Counted from the stretch's first letter, positions 29,359 to 38,880 are shown. The stretch: DNA of 64,000 bases from an uncultured Ignavibacteria bacterium (GCA_964440935.1 CAYTTY010000012.1:12873-76872), one strand, 5' to 3'. Program-made: numbers and translations. Notes: generated from the letters alone by a model not told the origin.

Positions 29359-31047
29359 ATGATTGGCTGGCAACTTGTTCGATTGACAAACGAAGCAGCC
29401 ACCCATCTGAGAGGCGGAATCGTCGAATCGTTGCGTTTCGACCAATCGAGTGGGCGGCTATTGCTGCAGCTCGGTTCGCGTCATGGCAAGCGTTTCGTGG
29501 TGGTCGGAGTCCGTCCACCGAAGCCCACATTATATTGGGTAACCCGTCGGACCGATCTGCCTTCGGCATCCGCCTATGACCCCACCGAACGATTTAATCG
29601 ATTGAGGGATAGCAGGTTAACGGATATTGCCCTGCCTCGGGCGGACCGCCTGCTACGGCTGGATTTCGATAAACAGAAGGATGACACAACCCAGGCGTTC
29701 AGTCTGTGGCTGGGTTGGATGGGGGGATCGGGGAACATTTGGCTGACCGACCGCCGGGAAAACACAGTCCTCGAAATGCTGTGGAAGACATCGGCGCAGT
29801 CAATCGGCCAACCGTTCGAGTTACCGAAGCCTCCGCCACTGGTGAATTGGCAGAAAATGACCTTTCCCGACTACTCAAAGGAGCGAGAGGAAAACAGCGA
29901 TCTACCGTTGGGGCGGTTCCTCAGGAAACGTCTCTGGGGAATCGATGACGAGTTGTCTGAATACATCGAATCCGAATCAGTGAGCGATGACTTGTGGGAG
30001 GAATTCTCCGGTGTCATCAGTCGACTCCGTGAGATAGTCGATCCGCAAACGCCGCTACGGATCAAGCGAGACGAACGAAAAGCGCCGAAGATCGTCCCAA
30101 ATCCGGATGCTGCGTCGAGCACTGATTCCACCACCTCCCTCGCGCATATTCTCTCAAAGCTGGATCGCGAAGAGGTTCAAGTGGCGCGACACGAAGAGCG
30201 CATTCACAAGGCGCGATCTCAAGTCCAGAGCCGTGTGAAGCAATTGCGACGACGGCTTCGGTCATTGGACCAAGCGATTTCAGAGGGAGAGCGGGCTGAA
30301 CCCACCAAAAGACTAGGTGATTTGCTCAACGCCAATCGGCATCTCATCAAACGTGGACAAGCCTCGGTTGAGGTAACCGATTGGGAGCAGGGGGGAACAC
30401 AGGTCGTCTCCCTCGATCCGAAGTTGAGTCCGCAGGAGAATATCGAATCCTACTACAAGCGCGCCCGCAAACTGGCGCGTGGTGCCGAGCAGGCCACAAA
30501 CGCCAAGCCTCAGATTGAGCATGATTTGTACGAGGCCGAAGAGCAATTGGACCGACTCGATGACGAGGATTTAGGTCCGGACGAACTTGAGTCGCTAACG
30601 GCGGCTTCGAACCAGCGTTCCGAACGCACCGGTCGTTCGTCGCAAGCACAGGCTCCACGCGTACCCTACCGCGAATTCGCCGTTGGCAAGTTCACCATCC
30701 TGGTTGGCAAGTCACGACGTGACAACGATGAGCTGACTCTCCATGTCGCGCGGCCCCATGATCTCTTCTTGCATGCGGACAAGGTGGGCGGATCGCATGT
30801 GATTATCCGGGTGCCGGAGAAGGGACGGGGCGTCCCCCGCGACGTGCTGACGGTGGCCGCCCAGGCGGCCGCCTATTTCTCGAAGGCCAAGCATTCAAGC
30901 GTCGTCCCGGTGATCTACACCGAGGTGCGTCATGTGAGCAAATCCCGCAAGGCCCCGCCGGGGCTGGTGCGGGTGTCGCGCGAGCAGTCGGTCATGGTGG
31001 AACCGGCGCCGCCACCCGGGTATCACGATGACGATCGGGACTCGTGA
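29359..31047 (+). CDS. rqcH: NFACT-family RqcH/FbpA homologue (ribosome quality control, Rqc2/NEMF-like)
   Basis: Start at the Met at 29359 (MIGWQLVRLTN...). N-terminal NFACT-N-like region, central coiled coil, and a C-terminal NFACT-R/DUF814 block ...LHADKVGGSHVIIRVPEKG.... Confidence 0.7.
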   Translation: MIGWQLVRLTNEAATHLRGGIVESLRFDQSSGRLLLQLGSRHGKRFVVVGVRPPKPTLYWVTRRTDLPSASAYDPTERFNRLRDSRLTDIALPRADRLLRLDFDKQKDDTTQAFSLWLGWMGGSGNIWLTDRRENTVLEMLWKTSAQSIGQPFELPKPPPLVNWQKMTFPDYSKEREENSDLPLGRFLRKRLWGIDDELSEYIESESVSDDLWEEFSGVISRLREIVDPQTPLRIKRDERKAPKIVPNPDAASSTDSTTSLAHILSKLDREEVQVARHEERIHKARSQVQSRVKQLRRRLRSLDQAISEGERAEPTKRLGDLLNANRHLIKRGQASVEVTDWEQGGTQVVSLDPKLSPQENIESYYKRARKLARGAEQATNAKPQIEHDLYEAEEQLDRLDDEDLGPDELESLTAASNQRSERTGRSSQAQAPRVPYREFAVGKFTILVGKSRRDNDELTLHVARPHDLFLHADKVGGSHVIIRVPEKGRGVPRDVLTVAAQAAAYFSKAKHSSVVPVIYTEVRHVSKSRKAPPGLVRVSREQSVMVEPAPPPGYHDDDRDS

Positions 31048-31476
31048 ATGGTCTTGGTAAAGCGGCATTTGGCCACTATATTCAGGAAATCTGAGGATGA
31101 GCCAATGGGTGCGAAAATTGTCATAATTGTGGTCTTAGTCGGCGTGTTTGTCGCCGGCTATTTCCTCTTTTTCCAGGACAGTTCGGGCGGTCCGCAAATG
31201 TTGGAACAGGACAAGTTTGTGGACGCCTATGTCGAACTGGCGGCGTTGGCGGAACGGATGCCGATCGGGACCCCAGAATATGATCGCGAGAAGAGGCGGG
31301 TCTTAGAATCGATGGGGCTGACACCCGAACAGGTCGAAAAGGCACTGGCGGCATACAATGAACATCCCGAACAGTGGCAGCCGGTTTGGGAACGGATTCA
31401 AGCGGAATTGGAGGAACGGCAACAGGAATTGGAACCGGCGTCGGCCCCCCCCCCCACTCCAGCGGATACAACCTGA
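31048..31476 (+). CDS. Small membrane-anchored hypothetical protein. Alternative start at 31105 (MGAKIVIIVVLVGVFVAGYF...) is preceded by GAGGATGAG.
   Basis: The ATG overlaps the rqcH stop (TGAATG). The single TM helix is followed by an acidic Glu/Gln-rich C-terminal region. Confidence 0.4.
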   Translation: MVLVKRHLATIFRKSEDEPMGAKIVIIVVLVGVFVAGYFLFFQDSSGGPQMLEQDKFVDAYVELAALAERMPIGTPEYDREKRRVLESMGLTPEQVEKALAAYNEHPEQWQPVWERIQAELEERQQELEPASAPPPTPADTT

Positions 31477-31571
31477 CACATTCCATATCGCATCTCGTCT
31501 TACAGCCGCGCAGGGTTGGTCACGATCAGCAGAAGCGCGGCAATTCTTTTTGAAGCACGTCGATATTCGTC

Positions 31572-32723
31572 ATGAGCACGACACCACCGAACCGTCCCCA
31601 TTGTCCCCATTTCTCATCGGGTCCGTGCGCCAAGCGCCCGGAGTGGACGCCACTGTCTCTGGCGACGGCTCTGGTTGGACGGTCGCACCGCTCGGATGCC
31701 GGCAAGAAGCGAATTGCCGATGCAATCAACCGCACCAGAAAGCTTCTCGAAATACCCGATTCCTTCCGGCTTGGTGTCGTTCCCGGCTCTGATACGGGCG
31801 CATTTGAACTAGCGATGTGGACACTTCTGGGTGCACGGGCGGTTGATGTACTCGTGTGGGAGAGTTTCTCCGCCGGATGGGCAACTGATGTTACCAAGCA
31901 GTTGCCGCTCGACGATGTACGGGTGCTGAAGGCCGACTACGGGACATTGCCGGATCTCGGTTCTGTCTCATTTGATCGAGACGTTGTCTTCGTCTGGAAT
32001 GGCACGACCAGCGGTGTGAAGCTGCCCGACGGTTCATGGATTGATGAGAACCGCGAGGGACTGACTCTCTGTGATGCCACATCGGCGGCGTTTGCCATGG
32101 AATTGCCGTGGGACCATTTGGACGTGGTGACATTTTCGTGGCAGAAGTGTCTGGGCGGTGAGGCCGGGCACGGGATGATTGCGCTCGGTCCGCGTGCGGT
32201 TGAACGGCTCGAAAACTACACACCACCGTGGCCGCTACCGAAAGTCTTCCGACTGACAAAGAATGGGAAATTGATTGAGGGGATTTTCAAGGGCGTAACG
32301 ATTAACACGCCGTCGATGTTGTGCGTCGAGGACTGGCTTGATGCACTCTTGTGGGGTGAGTCGCAAGGTGGACTGAGAGGTCTCATCAAGAAGTCGGAAG
32401 GCAACCTGGCGCTGATTGCGGAGTGGGTTGAGAACTCCGATGACTTCGCATTTCTCGCATCCGACCCACGTACGCGGTCGAATACATCGGTCTGTCTTAA
32501 GATCATTGCGCCGTGGTTTGGGGCGCTGCCAGATGACGAGCAGAAGAAACGTGTCAACAAGATCGCATCACTGTTGGCCCATGACGGTGTCGCATTCGAC
32601 ATCGCCGGCTACCGTGATGCGCCCCCGGGAATTCGCATCTGGGCGGGGCCGACTGTTGAACGAGACGATATCGCCGCGGTGTTGCCCTGGCTTGATTGGG
32701 CGCTGGCCGAAGTGGCGAAGTGA
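31572..32723 (+). CDS. serC: Phosphoserine aminotransferase (archaeal/actinobacterial-type SerC)
   Basis: N-terminal HFSSGPCAKRPEWT and a PLP-fold body (WQKCLGGEAGHGMIALGP..., TINTPSMLCVED). It is directly followed by serA and serB. Confidence 0.8.
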   Translation: MSTTPPNRPHCPHFSSGPCAKRPEWTPLSLATALVGRSHRSDAGKKRIADAINRTRKLLEIPDSFRLGVVPGSDTGAFELAMWTLLGARAVDVLVWESFSAGWATDVTKQLPLDDVRVLKADYGTLPDLGSVSFDRDVVFVWNGTTSGVKLPDGSWIDENREGLTLCDATSAAFAMELPWDHLDVVTFSWQKCLGGEAGHGMIALGPRAVERLENYTPPWPLPKVFRLTKNGKLIEGIFKGVTINTPSMLCVEDWLDALLWGESQGGLRGLIKKSEGNLALIAEWVENSDDFAFLASDPRTRSNTSVCLKIIAPWFGALPDDEQKKRVNKIASLLAHDGVAFDIAGYRDAPPGIRIWAGPTVERDDIAAVLPWLDWALAEVAK

Positions 32724-32747
32724 TCGATAACAAGAAGGACATAGTGC

Positions 32748-34334
32748 ATGCCAAGACAGATTTTGATTGCTGATAAGATTGCCGACGATGGGATCAATTT
32801 CCTGAGATCGAAACCCGAGTATGATGTCACGGTGACAACCGGACTCGCCGAAGATGAACTGTGCCGGGTCATCGAGCCGTGTCATGCCGTGGTTGTGCGC
32901 AGTGCCACGAGCATCAGTGAACGTGTCATATCATCAGCACCCCAACTGGCCGTGATCGGACGCGCGGGCATTGGTATCGATAACATTGACATTGAAGCGG
33001 CAACGGCGCGCGGCGTCGTGGTGCTGAATACACCCGATGCCAACGCGACGACAACAGCAGAGCTGACGATCGCGCATTTGCTGTCGTTGAGTCGCAACCT
33101 GCCCACCGCCGATCAGTCGGTACGCAACGGCCAGTGGGAACGCAGTGCCCTCACCGGGATTGAAGTGGCTGGGAAGATTCTGGGCATCGTGGGGTATGGT
33201 ACGATCGGCCGGTTGGTTGCCAAGCGTGCTAAGGCGCTGGAGATGTCATTGCTGGTGCATGATCCCTACGTCACCGATGACGTCATTGCGGAGACCGGCG
33301 GTACCGCCGTGGATTTAAACACTCTTTTGTCGCAGTCGGACTATGTCACATTACATGCCCCCGTGACGGCGCAAACGCGTTCGATGATCGGCGCAAAGCA
33401 GTTATCCCTGATGAAGCCGAGCGCACGGCTGATTAACTGCGCGCGCGGGGCCTTGGTCGACGAAGAAGCGCTAATCCAGGCGTTGGAAGCCGGGACAATT
33501 GCCGGCGCCGCGCTCGACGTGTACGCCAATGAACCGCCTGAGGGTTCGCGTCTGTTGACATTTCCCAATGTTGTCTTCACACCGCATTTGGGCGCATCGA
33601 CGCGTGAAGCACAGGTCGCTGCCGGAATGCAAATTGCAACACAGATCGATACGTTTCTGCGTTCGGGTGAAGCGATTAATGCCGTTAATCTCTCCCCCGT
33701 CTCGCGTGAGCAACTGGCCAAACTCAAACCGTTTCAGAATCTGGCGCGCGCGCTGGGACGGTTGCTGTCGACACTGGCGCCTGAAGCGCTCAAGCGTGTT
33801 GAGATTACACTGGCAGGCGGACCATCCGGTGTCAATGTCAGTCATGTCGCCACCGAGACGCTGATTGGAATTCTCGCCGATCATCATCGCGGGCCGGTCA
33901 ACCAGGTCAACGCGGCGCATCTCGCTAGGCGCCAGGGATTGAGTGTTGTCGAATCACGCGCGGCGGAATCCTCTGAGTATCACACGCTCCTCCAAGTCGT
34001 CGGCAAGACCACCAACCATGAGCTGTCGGTTGCCGGAACGTTGTTTGATGAACGGCATCCGCGACTGGTGCGCATTGATGATTTGAAGATCGAAGCGATT
34101 CTCGAAGGGCAACTACTGATTACACGCCATAGCGATCGCCCCGGTGTCGTGGCCGCCATCAGCGGTGCGATTGCCGAGGCCGGTGTGAACATCACGCGTA
34201 TGCACCTGGGGCCTGTTGGTGATCAGGGATTGGCAGTGGCCGTCATTGGTCTCGACCAGCCGTTACCGACCAGCGCGCGCGATGCGATCCTCTCCATCGA
34301 TACCATTCTGAACATTCACGAGCTGGCGCTGTGA
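32748..34334 (+). CDS. serA: D-3-phosphoglycerate dehydrogenase with ASB and ACT regulatory domains
   Basis: 528 aa. 2-hydroxyacid dehydrogenase NAD motif GIVGYGTIGRLVAKRA, catalytic ...CARGALVDEEAL...DVYANEP..., and a C-terminal ACT domain (LLITRHSDRPGVVAAISGAIAEAGVNI). Confidence 0.9.
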   Translation: MPRQILIADKIADDGINFLRSKPEYDVTVTTGLAEDELCRVIEPCHAVVVRSATSISERVISSAPQLAVIGRAGIGIDNIDIEAATARGVVVLNTPDANATTTAELTIAHLLSLSRNLPTADQSVRNGQWERSALTGIEVAGKILGIVGYGTIGRLVAKRAKALEMSLLVHDPYVTDDVIAETGGTAVDLNTLLSQSDYVTLHAPVTAQTRSMIGAKQLSLMKPSARLINCARGALVDEEALIQALEAGTIAGAALDVYANEPPEGSRLLTFPNVVFTPHLGASTREAQVAAGMQIATQIDTFLRSGEAINAVNLSPVSREQLAKLKPFQNLARALGRLLSTLAPEALKRVEITLAGGPSGVNVSHVATETLIGILADHHRGPVNQVNAAHLARRQGLSVVESRAAESSEYHTLLQVVGKTTNHELSVAGTLFDERHPRLVRIDDLKIEAILEGQLLITRHSDRPGVVAAISGAIAEAGVNITRMHLGPVGDQGLAVAVIGLDQPLPTSARDAILSIDTILNIHELAL

Positions 34335-35014
34335 CATCCGATAGTCCACAAACACAGCGCATCGACACCGTCATCTTCGACTGCGACAGCACGTTGTCGT
34401 CGATTGAAGGCATCGACGAATTGGCCGAACGTGCGGGCGTTGGCGAGCAGATTCGTGAACTGACCAAGGCGGCGATGGCAGGTGACATTAAACTCGAAGA
34501 CGTGTATGGTAAGCGTCTCGATTTGATTCGTCCCAATGCAGATGATCTGGCGTGGCTGGGCCGGCGATACTGCGAGATGATCGTTGATGGTGCACACCAC
34601 GTGATTGCCACACTTCAAGTGACGGGACGGGCAGTGCATATTGTCAGCGGTGGGGTATTACAGGCGCTTCACGTGCTCGCGGAGGAATTGAAGATAACTC
34701 GATCACATGTCGTGGGTGTCCCGGTGACTCTGTCTGACGACGGCACATATATCGGCTATGACGCGACGGCTCCCACGTCACGCTCAGGCGGCAAGACCGA
34801 AGTCATTCGCGGCATTACTGCGAATGGACGACGCGCGGTAATGATCGGTGATGGAGTCACTGATTTGGAGGCGCAGAGTCTGGGGATACCGGTGATCGGG
34901 TTTGGTGGTGTTGTGATACGTGAGGCCGTCAAGGCACAGGCCGATGCGTGGGTCAATGGGCCATCGTTGTTGGGTGTGTTAGCGACAATTGAGAGGTTGG
35001 AGATGGAGTTCTAG
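34331..35014 (+). CDS. serB: Phosphoserine phosphatase (HAD superfamily)
   Basis: HAD motif I VIFDCDSTL and a C-terminal GDGVTD motif. Translationally coupled to serA (start overlaps the serA stop). Confidence 0.75.
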   Translation: MTSDSPQTQRIDTVIFDCDSTLSSIEGIDELAERAGVGEQIRELTKAAMAGDIKLEDVYGKRLDLIRPNADDLAWLGRRYCEMIVDGAHHVIATLQVTGRAVHIVSGGVLQALHVLAEELKITRSHVVGVPVTLSDDGTYIGYDATAPTSRSGGKTEVIRGITANGRRAVMIGDGVTDLEAQSLGIPVIGFGGVVIREAVKAQADAWVNGPSLLGVLATIERLEMEF

Positions 35015-35025
35015 TGTACCTTGTG

Positions 35026-35054
35026 GCCCTGATGGCGCTTTTTGCCATCAGGGC
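35026..35054. repeat. 29-bp hairpin GCCCTGATGGC-GCTTTTT-GCCATCAGGGC. It is an inverted partner of 35466-35494.
   Basis: Perfect 11-bp stem. The same stem with a reverse-complemented loop recurs at 35466-35494, and the flanking 5 bp on each side are also similar. Not followed by a U-tract. Confidence 0.6.
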
Positions 35055-35086
35055 TTGCGTAACTCACATTGGCTGTCACTGCGATT

Positions 35087-35397
35087 TAGAGTGAATGTCA
35101 GAAGTATTTTCCGTTTGGGATTGCGATCCGTACTGTCACCAGGGTTCCCCGCTGTCATCCCCTCGAAAGAGGGGATCCATTTTGCTTTTGGCCACCACTC
35201 ACCGTCTGAACTTGGATTCACGCTTTCGCCCTTCGGCTCGCTCAGGACAAGCGGGAATGACAACGAGTTATAGCAATTATCAAAATTCCGTTCCGGTGTT
35301 CGGGGCCGTCGCATGGCCGTCCAGGCCAGAGGGTACGGGCGAGGCGCCCGTACTGCATCGCCTTCTCAATCGGAAGATAGTTCTGAGAATCGCTCTA
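35087..35397. mobile_element. Degenerate tandem MITE-like remnants carrying IS630-type terminal repeats (about 35089-35267 and 35271-35395)
   Basis: TA+GAGTGAATGTCAGAAGTATTTTCCGTTTGGG at 35087-35119 resembles the IS left end GAGCGATTGTCA... and the RC of the MITE end at 43642-43653. TA+TAGCAATTATCAAAATTCCGTTCCGG at 35269-35300 resembles the MITE left end at 43398. TGAGAATCGCTC+TA at 35384-35397 resembles the right end TGACAATCGCTC+TA. Confidence 0.45.
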
Positions 35398-35465
35398 CAA
35401 AGCCGTTCTAGCGGTTTCTTGTGTTTTTGATATGTCTCAGTAAAGACGAAGCGTGAGTCAAGCGA

Positions 35466-35494
35466 GCCCTGATGGCAAAGAACGCCATCAGGGC
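35466..35494. repeat. 29-bp hairpin GCCCTGATGGC-AAAGAAC-GCCATCAGGGC. Inverted partner of 35026-35054.
   Basis: See 35026-35054. Together they form ~39-bp imperfect inverted repeats flanking a ~411-bp non-coding segment. Confidence 0.6.
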
Positions 35495-35520
35495 CATAAA
35501 TCTGCTCGGTGTTCCGTTTA

Positions 35521-36633
35521 GAGCGATTGTCAGATTAAATTTCCGATTGCGGCGGTTTGGCTGGTGCGTTGTGGGTTGTCGATCACATCGAGAATGGCGT
35601 GATCCAAGCGTTCGAGTAATTGGTCGAGATGGCGACAGATATAGTTGTTGAACCAGGTGGCCTTCATCACCAGCCAGATGCGTTCAATCGGGTTGAGATC
35701 GGGGGAGTAGGGCGGCAGATACATCACCTCCCACCCGTGCCAATTCAACGATTTGCGTTTGTGCCAGGAGGCATTGTCGACAATGAGGATGTTGCGTCGT
35801 CGCTGGACGGTCACCGATCGGTCTGCTTCATTGAGGAACGCTTGGAAGGTGTCCGAGTCCGAATGAGACGCTTCGATGGCAAAGAACTCGCCGGTGCGGG
35901 GACAGACCATCCCCATGACATTCATCCGCAGGTGATCGCCGTTTTTGGTGCTGCGGGTCTTGTGACCCTTTTTGTCCCAGCGCCGTCGGGGTCGCGGATC
36001 CCCCTCGAATCCCGACTCGTCGGCAAACCATAACTCGACGTCGGGATCCTGGCTAAGTTCCTGTAGCTGTTGCCGAAACGCCTCCCGCAGAACCTCATCC
36101 TGACGATCCGGCCACGGTTGTGGCACCTTGAGGGCAAAGCCCTGCCGATGGAAGAATCGCACCACCGTTTCATAGCTGCACTCCACCTGATAGGTCTCAG
36201 AGAGGTAGCCGTGGAACGCCTTGGCGGTCCAAAACGTGCGGTCCGCCTGTTCGGGGTCGCTGATCAGACGGGCGAACTGCGTGGCTTGTTCGCCTCGAAG
36301 AATCGCTGTCCGACCGGGACGTTTCTGCACAATCAACCCATCCACACCGCGGTCGTTGAATGCTTTAACCCAACTGCGCAGCGACCGCTCCGTCACCACC
36401 AACGCCGCGCACACGGTGTCACGCGGTGTGCCGGCCAGCAGAAACTGAATCGCGGTACAGCGGACCGACGTTTCGGGTGAACCCACACGCCCCGCCCCCT
36501 TCAACTCCTGGATACTCGCGTTCTCCGGATTCGGCTCGAGTGCGCGGCGTGCCATGAACACACCATGCCGTAATCACTTACAAAAGTCTAGAATTTTCTG
36601 GCCCCAAACGGAAAATATTTATGACAATCGCTC
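35521..36633 (-). mobile_element. IS630-family (Tc1/mariner-like) insertion sequence, 1113 bp, with terminal inverted repeats GAGCGATTGTCA...TGACAATCGCTC and a TA target-site duplication (35519-35520, 36634-36635)
   Basis: The left end TA|GAGCGATTGTCAGATTAAATTTCCG and right end CGGAAAATATTTATGACAATCGCTC|TA are inverted repeats. A TA duplication is the IS630 hallmark. The element contains a single DDE transposase ORF. Confidence 0.8.
35530..36561 (-). CDS. IS630-family DDE transposase
   Basis: 343 aa. N-terminal HTH region, then D..D..E: ...LWFADESGF..., ...NILIVDNASWHK..., ...YLPPYSPDLNPIERIW.... The stop codon lies inside the left TIR. Confidence 0.85.
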   Translation of the reverse strand: MFMARRALEPNPENASIQELKGAGRVGSPETSVRCTAIQFLLAGTPRDTVCAALVVTERSLRSWVKAFNDRGVDGLIVQKRPGRTAILRGEQATQFARLISDPEQADRTFWTAKAFHGYLSETYQVECSYETVVRFFHRQGFALKVPQPWPDRQDEVLREAFRQQLQELSQDPDVELWFADESGFEGDPRPRRRWDKKGHKTRSTKNGDHLRMNVMGMVCPRTGEFFAIEASHSDSDTFQAFLNEADRSVTVQRRRNILIVDNASWHKRKSLNWHGWEVMYLPPYSPDLNPIERIWLVMKATWFNNYICRHLDQLLERLDHAILDVIDNPQRTSQTAAIGNLI

Positions 36634-37037
36634 TATTCCTCGTCAAGGACGTCATCAGCGGTGAATGCGCCGCGTACGTGCGTGATGGCACGATGACCCG
36701 AGGAGTCCTGTGGGGCAACGGTGACGACATCGAAGCGGTAGCCGCCGGGCATGTCGGGGGCGTTTTCGATATAGGCGCCGGCGGCGCGGATGATGGCCGA
36801 TTGCTTTTGGGGTGTGATCCATTCCAGTGGATCACCAAAAGAGACCGTGCGCGCGGATTTGACTTCGACAAACACAATCGTTTCACCATCGCGAACGATC
36901 AGATCGATTTCGTTACGGGTATACGGTGAACGCCAGTTACGGGACAGAATCAGACAGCCATTCGATTCGAGATAGCGCGCGGCTTGCTCCTCTCCATCGC
37001 GTCCGGTGTGCTGGTGATGGTCGGGAGACGGGGTCAT
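36633..37037 (-). CDS. yraN: YraN-family (UPF0102) endonuclease
   Basis: GEEQAARYLESNGCLILSRNWRS...EIDLIVRDGETIVFVEVKSR matches the YraN signature. It lies downstream of rnhB, as in the conserved rplS-rnhB-yraN arrangement. The stop codon (RC of 36633-36635) is built from the IS end base plus the TA duplication. Confidence 0.75.
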   Translation of the reverse strand: MTPSPDHHQHTGRDGEEQAARYLESNGCLILSRNWRSPYTRNEIDLIVRDGETIVFVEVKSARTVSFGDPLEWITPQKQSAIIRAAGAYIENAPDMPGGYRFDVVTVAPQDSSGHRAITHVRGAFTADDVLDEE

Positions 37038-37048
37038 TGTTGTGGCTC

Positions 37049-37705
37049 TTAGATTTCCAGACGATTCTGTTGCCAGTCGCGCACAGGTGTGAATGACTTA
37101 CGGTGTATCGGAGACGGACCCAATCGCGATAACGCGGTGAGGTGTTCCGGCGTCGCGTACCCTTTATGACGCACAAACCCGTATCCGGGAAACTGCCGCT
37201 CGTAATCTTCCATGATGCGGTCGCGGATTTCTTTGGCAATGATCGATGCAGCGCCAATGGAGATGCACAACTTGTCACCGTCGACAATGGCGCGTTGGGG
37301 TATGTCCAGATTGGGAATGCGGAACTTACCGTCAACCAAAACCGCTTCGGCTTTCACCGGCAGCTCATCGAGTGCGAGACGCATTGCCGTGTAGCTGGCC
37401 TGCAGGATGTTCTGGGAATCGATCCCGGCCGGATCGACCAGACCGACTCCCCATGAGAGCGCTTTCTCACAGATATTAGGATACAGAGCAATGCGTTGGG
37501 CTGCACTGAGGAGCTTGGAATCGGTGATGCCGGTCCCGTCGAAATCCTGCGGCAAGATCACGGCGACTGCAACAACCGGACCGGCTAACGGACCGCGTCC
37601 GACTTCATCGACGCCGGCCACACAGCGCCAGCCGCGATCCCAGAATTGGCGTTCGTACTCCCAGCGATCGGATTGGACATTCTGCCTGGGGACCCTCTGC
37701 GCCAT
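37049..37705 (-). CDS. rnhB: Ribonuclease HII
   Basis: VAGVDEVGRGPLAGPVVAVAVIL...DSKLLSAAQR... shows the RNase HII catalytic motifs. Confidence 0.85.
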   Translation of the reverse strand: MAQRVPRQNVQSDRWEYERQFWDRGWRCVAGVDEVGRGPLAGPVVAVAVILPQDFDGTGITDSKLLSAAQRIALYPNICEKALSWGVGLVDPAGIDSQNILQASYTAMRLALDELPVKAEAVLVDGKFRIPNLDIPQRAIVDGDKLCISIGAASIIAKEIRDRIMEDYERQFPGYGFVRHKGYATPEHLTALSRLGPSPIHRKSFTPVRDWQQNRLEI

Positions 37706-37727
37706 GCCAATGTCCAGCGTCCCGTGA

Positions 37728-38084
37728 TCAGGCTCCGGTGTCGGCTTTCTTTTCTTTCACCCGCGCGGCCCGTCCACGCCGCTGACGCAGATAGTAGAGT
37801 TTGGAGCGACGGACCTTGCCTCTGCGCATGGTTTCCACCTTGGCAACATTTGGCGAGTGAAATGGAAAGACACGTTCCACGCCGATGCCCTGGGAGACTT
37901 TGCGCACGGTAAACGTGGCGCCCGCGCCGGTGCCGCGCTTTTGGATGACGGTCCCCTGGAACACCTGGATACGTTCCTTGTCGCCCTCTTTGATGCGGAC
38001 GTGGACCTTGACCATATCCCCCGGGGCGAAATCCATTGTCCGGTCGGCCGGTGTGTTCAGTCCGACAGTTGTCAGATCAACCAT
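37728..38084 (-). CDS. rplS: 50S ribosomal protein L19. The start is taken at MVDLTTV (38084), overlapping the trmD stop; the longer ORF to 38183 is unlikely.
   Basis: ...[84 protein letters not shown] matches L19 throughout. Confidence 0.85.
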   Translation of the reverse strand: MVDLTTVGLNTPADRTMDFAPGDMVKVHVRIKEGDKERIQVFQGTVIQKRGTGAGATFTVRKVSQGIGVERVFPFHSPNVAKVETMRRGKVRRSKLYYLRQRRGRAARVKEKKADTGA

Positions 38085-38871
38085 GGTCATTCTCCTTACG
38101 TGTGTCTTGATCATGCGACCGACCGGTCGCGGGTGAATCGGACATCGCGGCGGGAGCCGACTGGCTCCCGCCGCTCTTATCATCGGCCTCTGAACTCAGC
38201 AGTTCAGGCCGGAATCGTTCGGTCGTCAGACGTGCCTGCTGCCGTCGCCACGCGCGCACATTGGCGTGATGCCCCGAGACCAGAACCGACGGTACTTCTA
38301 ACCCCCGCCAACTCTGCGGACGCGTGTAATGCGGTGCACCGAGACCGTTGATGACAAACGAGTCTTCGCGTCCGGAATCATCGTTGCCTAAGAATCCGGG
38401 CAGGCGACGCGCGACGGCATCGACGATCACCATCGCCGGCAATTCGCCTCCGGTGAGCACATAGTCGCCAATACAGAGACGCAGGGGCTTGAAGTACTCA
38501 AAGATGCGTTCATCAATTGCTGTGTAATGCCCGCACACAAAGATCAAACGGTTGCTCGTGGTTAACGAGTTGGCCTTGTCTTGATCGAACAGCTCACCGC
38601 GCGCGGCGGGGATGATGATCGTCGCATCGTCATCGCCGCGGATCGCCTCAATGGCACGCGCAATCGGCTCGGCCATCAGGATCATCCCGCCACCGCCGCC
38701 AAAGGGTGTGTCGTCGACCGAACGATGCGGATCATCGGTGAAATCGCGCAAGTCGTGCACATTGACCGACAACACACCACGCTCCAATGCGCGCGCCATC
38801 ATCGACTCGCGCAAAAAGCCGGTAAACATACCGGGAAATGTGGTGATGACGTCAATCTGCATCGTGCTCAA
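38077..38871 (-). CDS. trmD: tRNA (guanine37-N1)-methyltransferase TrmD, with a ~40-aa low-complexity C-terminal tail
   Basis: [13 protein letters not shown]...[17 protein letters not shown]...[14 protein letters not shown] is the SPOUT/TrmD pattern. Confidence 0.9.
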   Translation of the reverse strand: MSTMQIDVITTFPGMFTGFLRESMMARALERGVLSVNVHDLRDFTDDPHRSVDDTPFGGGGGMILMAEPIARAIEAIRGDDDATIIIPAARGELFDQDKANSLTTSNRLIFVCGHYTAIDERIFEYFKPLRLCIGDYVLTGGELPAMVIVDAVARRLPGFLGNDDSGREDSFVINGLGAPHYTRPQSWRGLEVPSVLVSGHHANVRAWRRQQARLTTERFRPELLSSEADDKSGGSQSAPAAMSDSPATGRSHDQDTRKENDHG

Positions 38872-38880
38872 CCTGCTGCC

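Noticed and set aside
35026-35054. Hairpin immediately after the serB stop as an intrinsic terminator
   Set aside because: The perfect 11-bp stem is not followed by a U-tract on either strand. The identical stem recurs 440 bp away with a reverse-complemented loop, so it is better explained as a terminal inverted repeat of a mobile or repeat element. It may still impede transcription.
35095-35430. 111-aa plus-strand ORF inside the hairpin-bounded segment after serB
   Set aside because: The translation is low-complexity and not protein-like. The region is packed with TIR fragments and hairpins, so it was interpreted as non-coding mobile-element debris.
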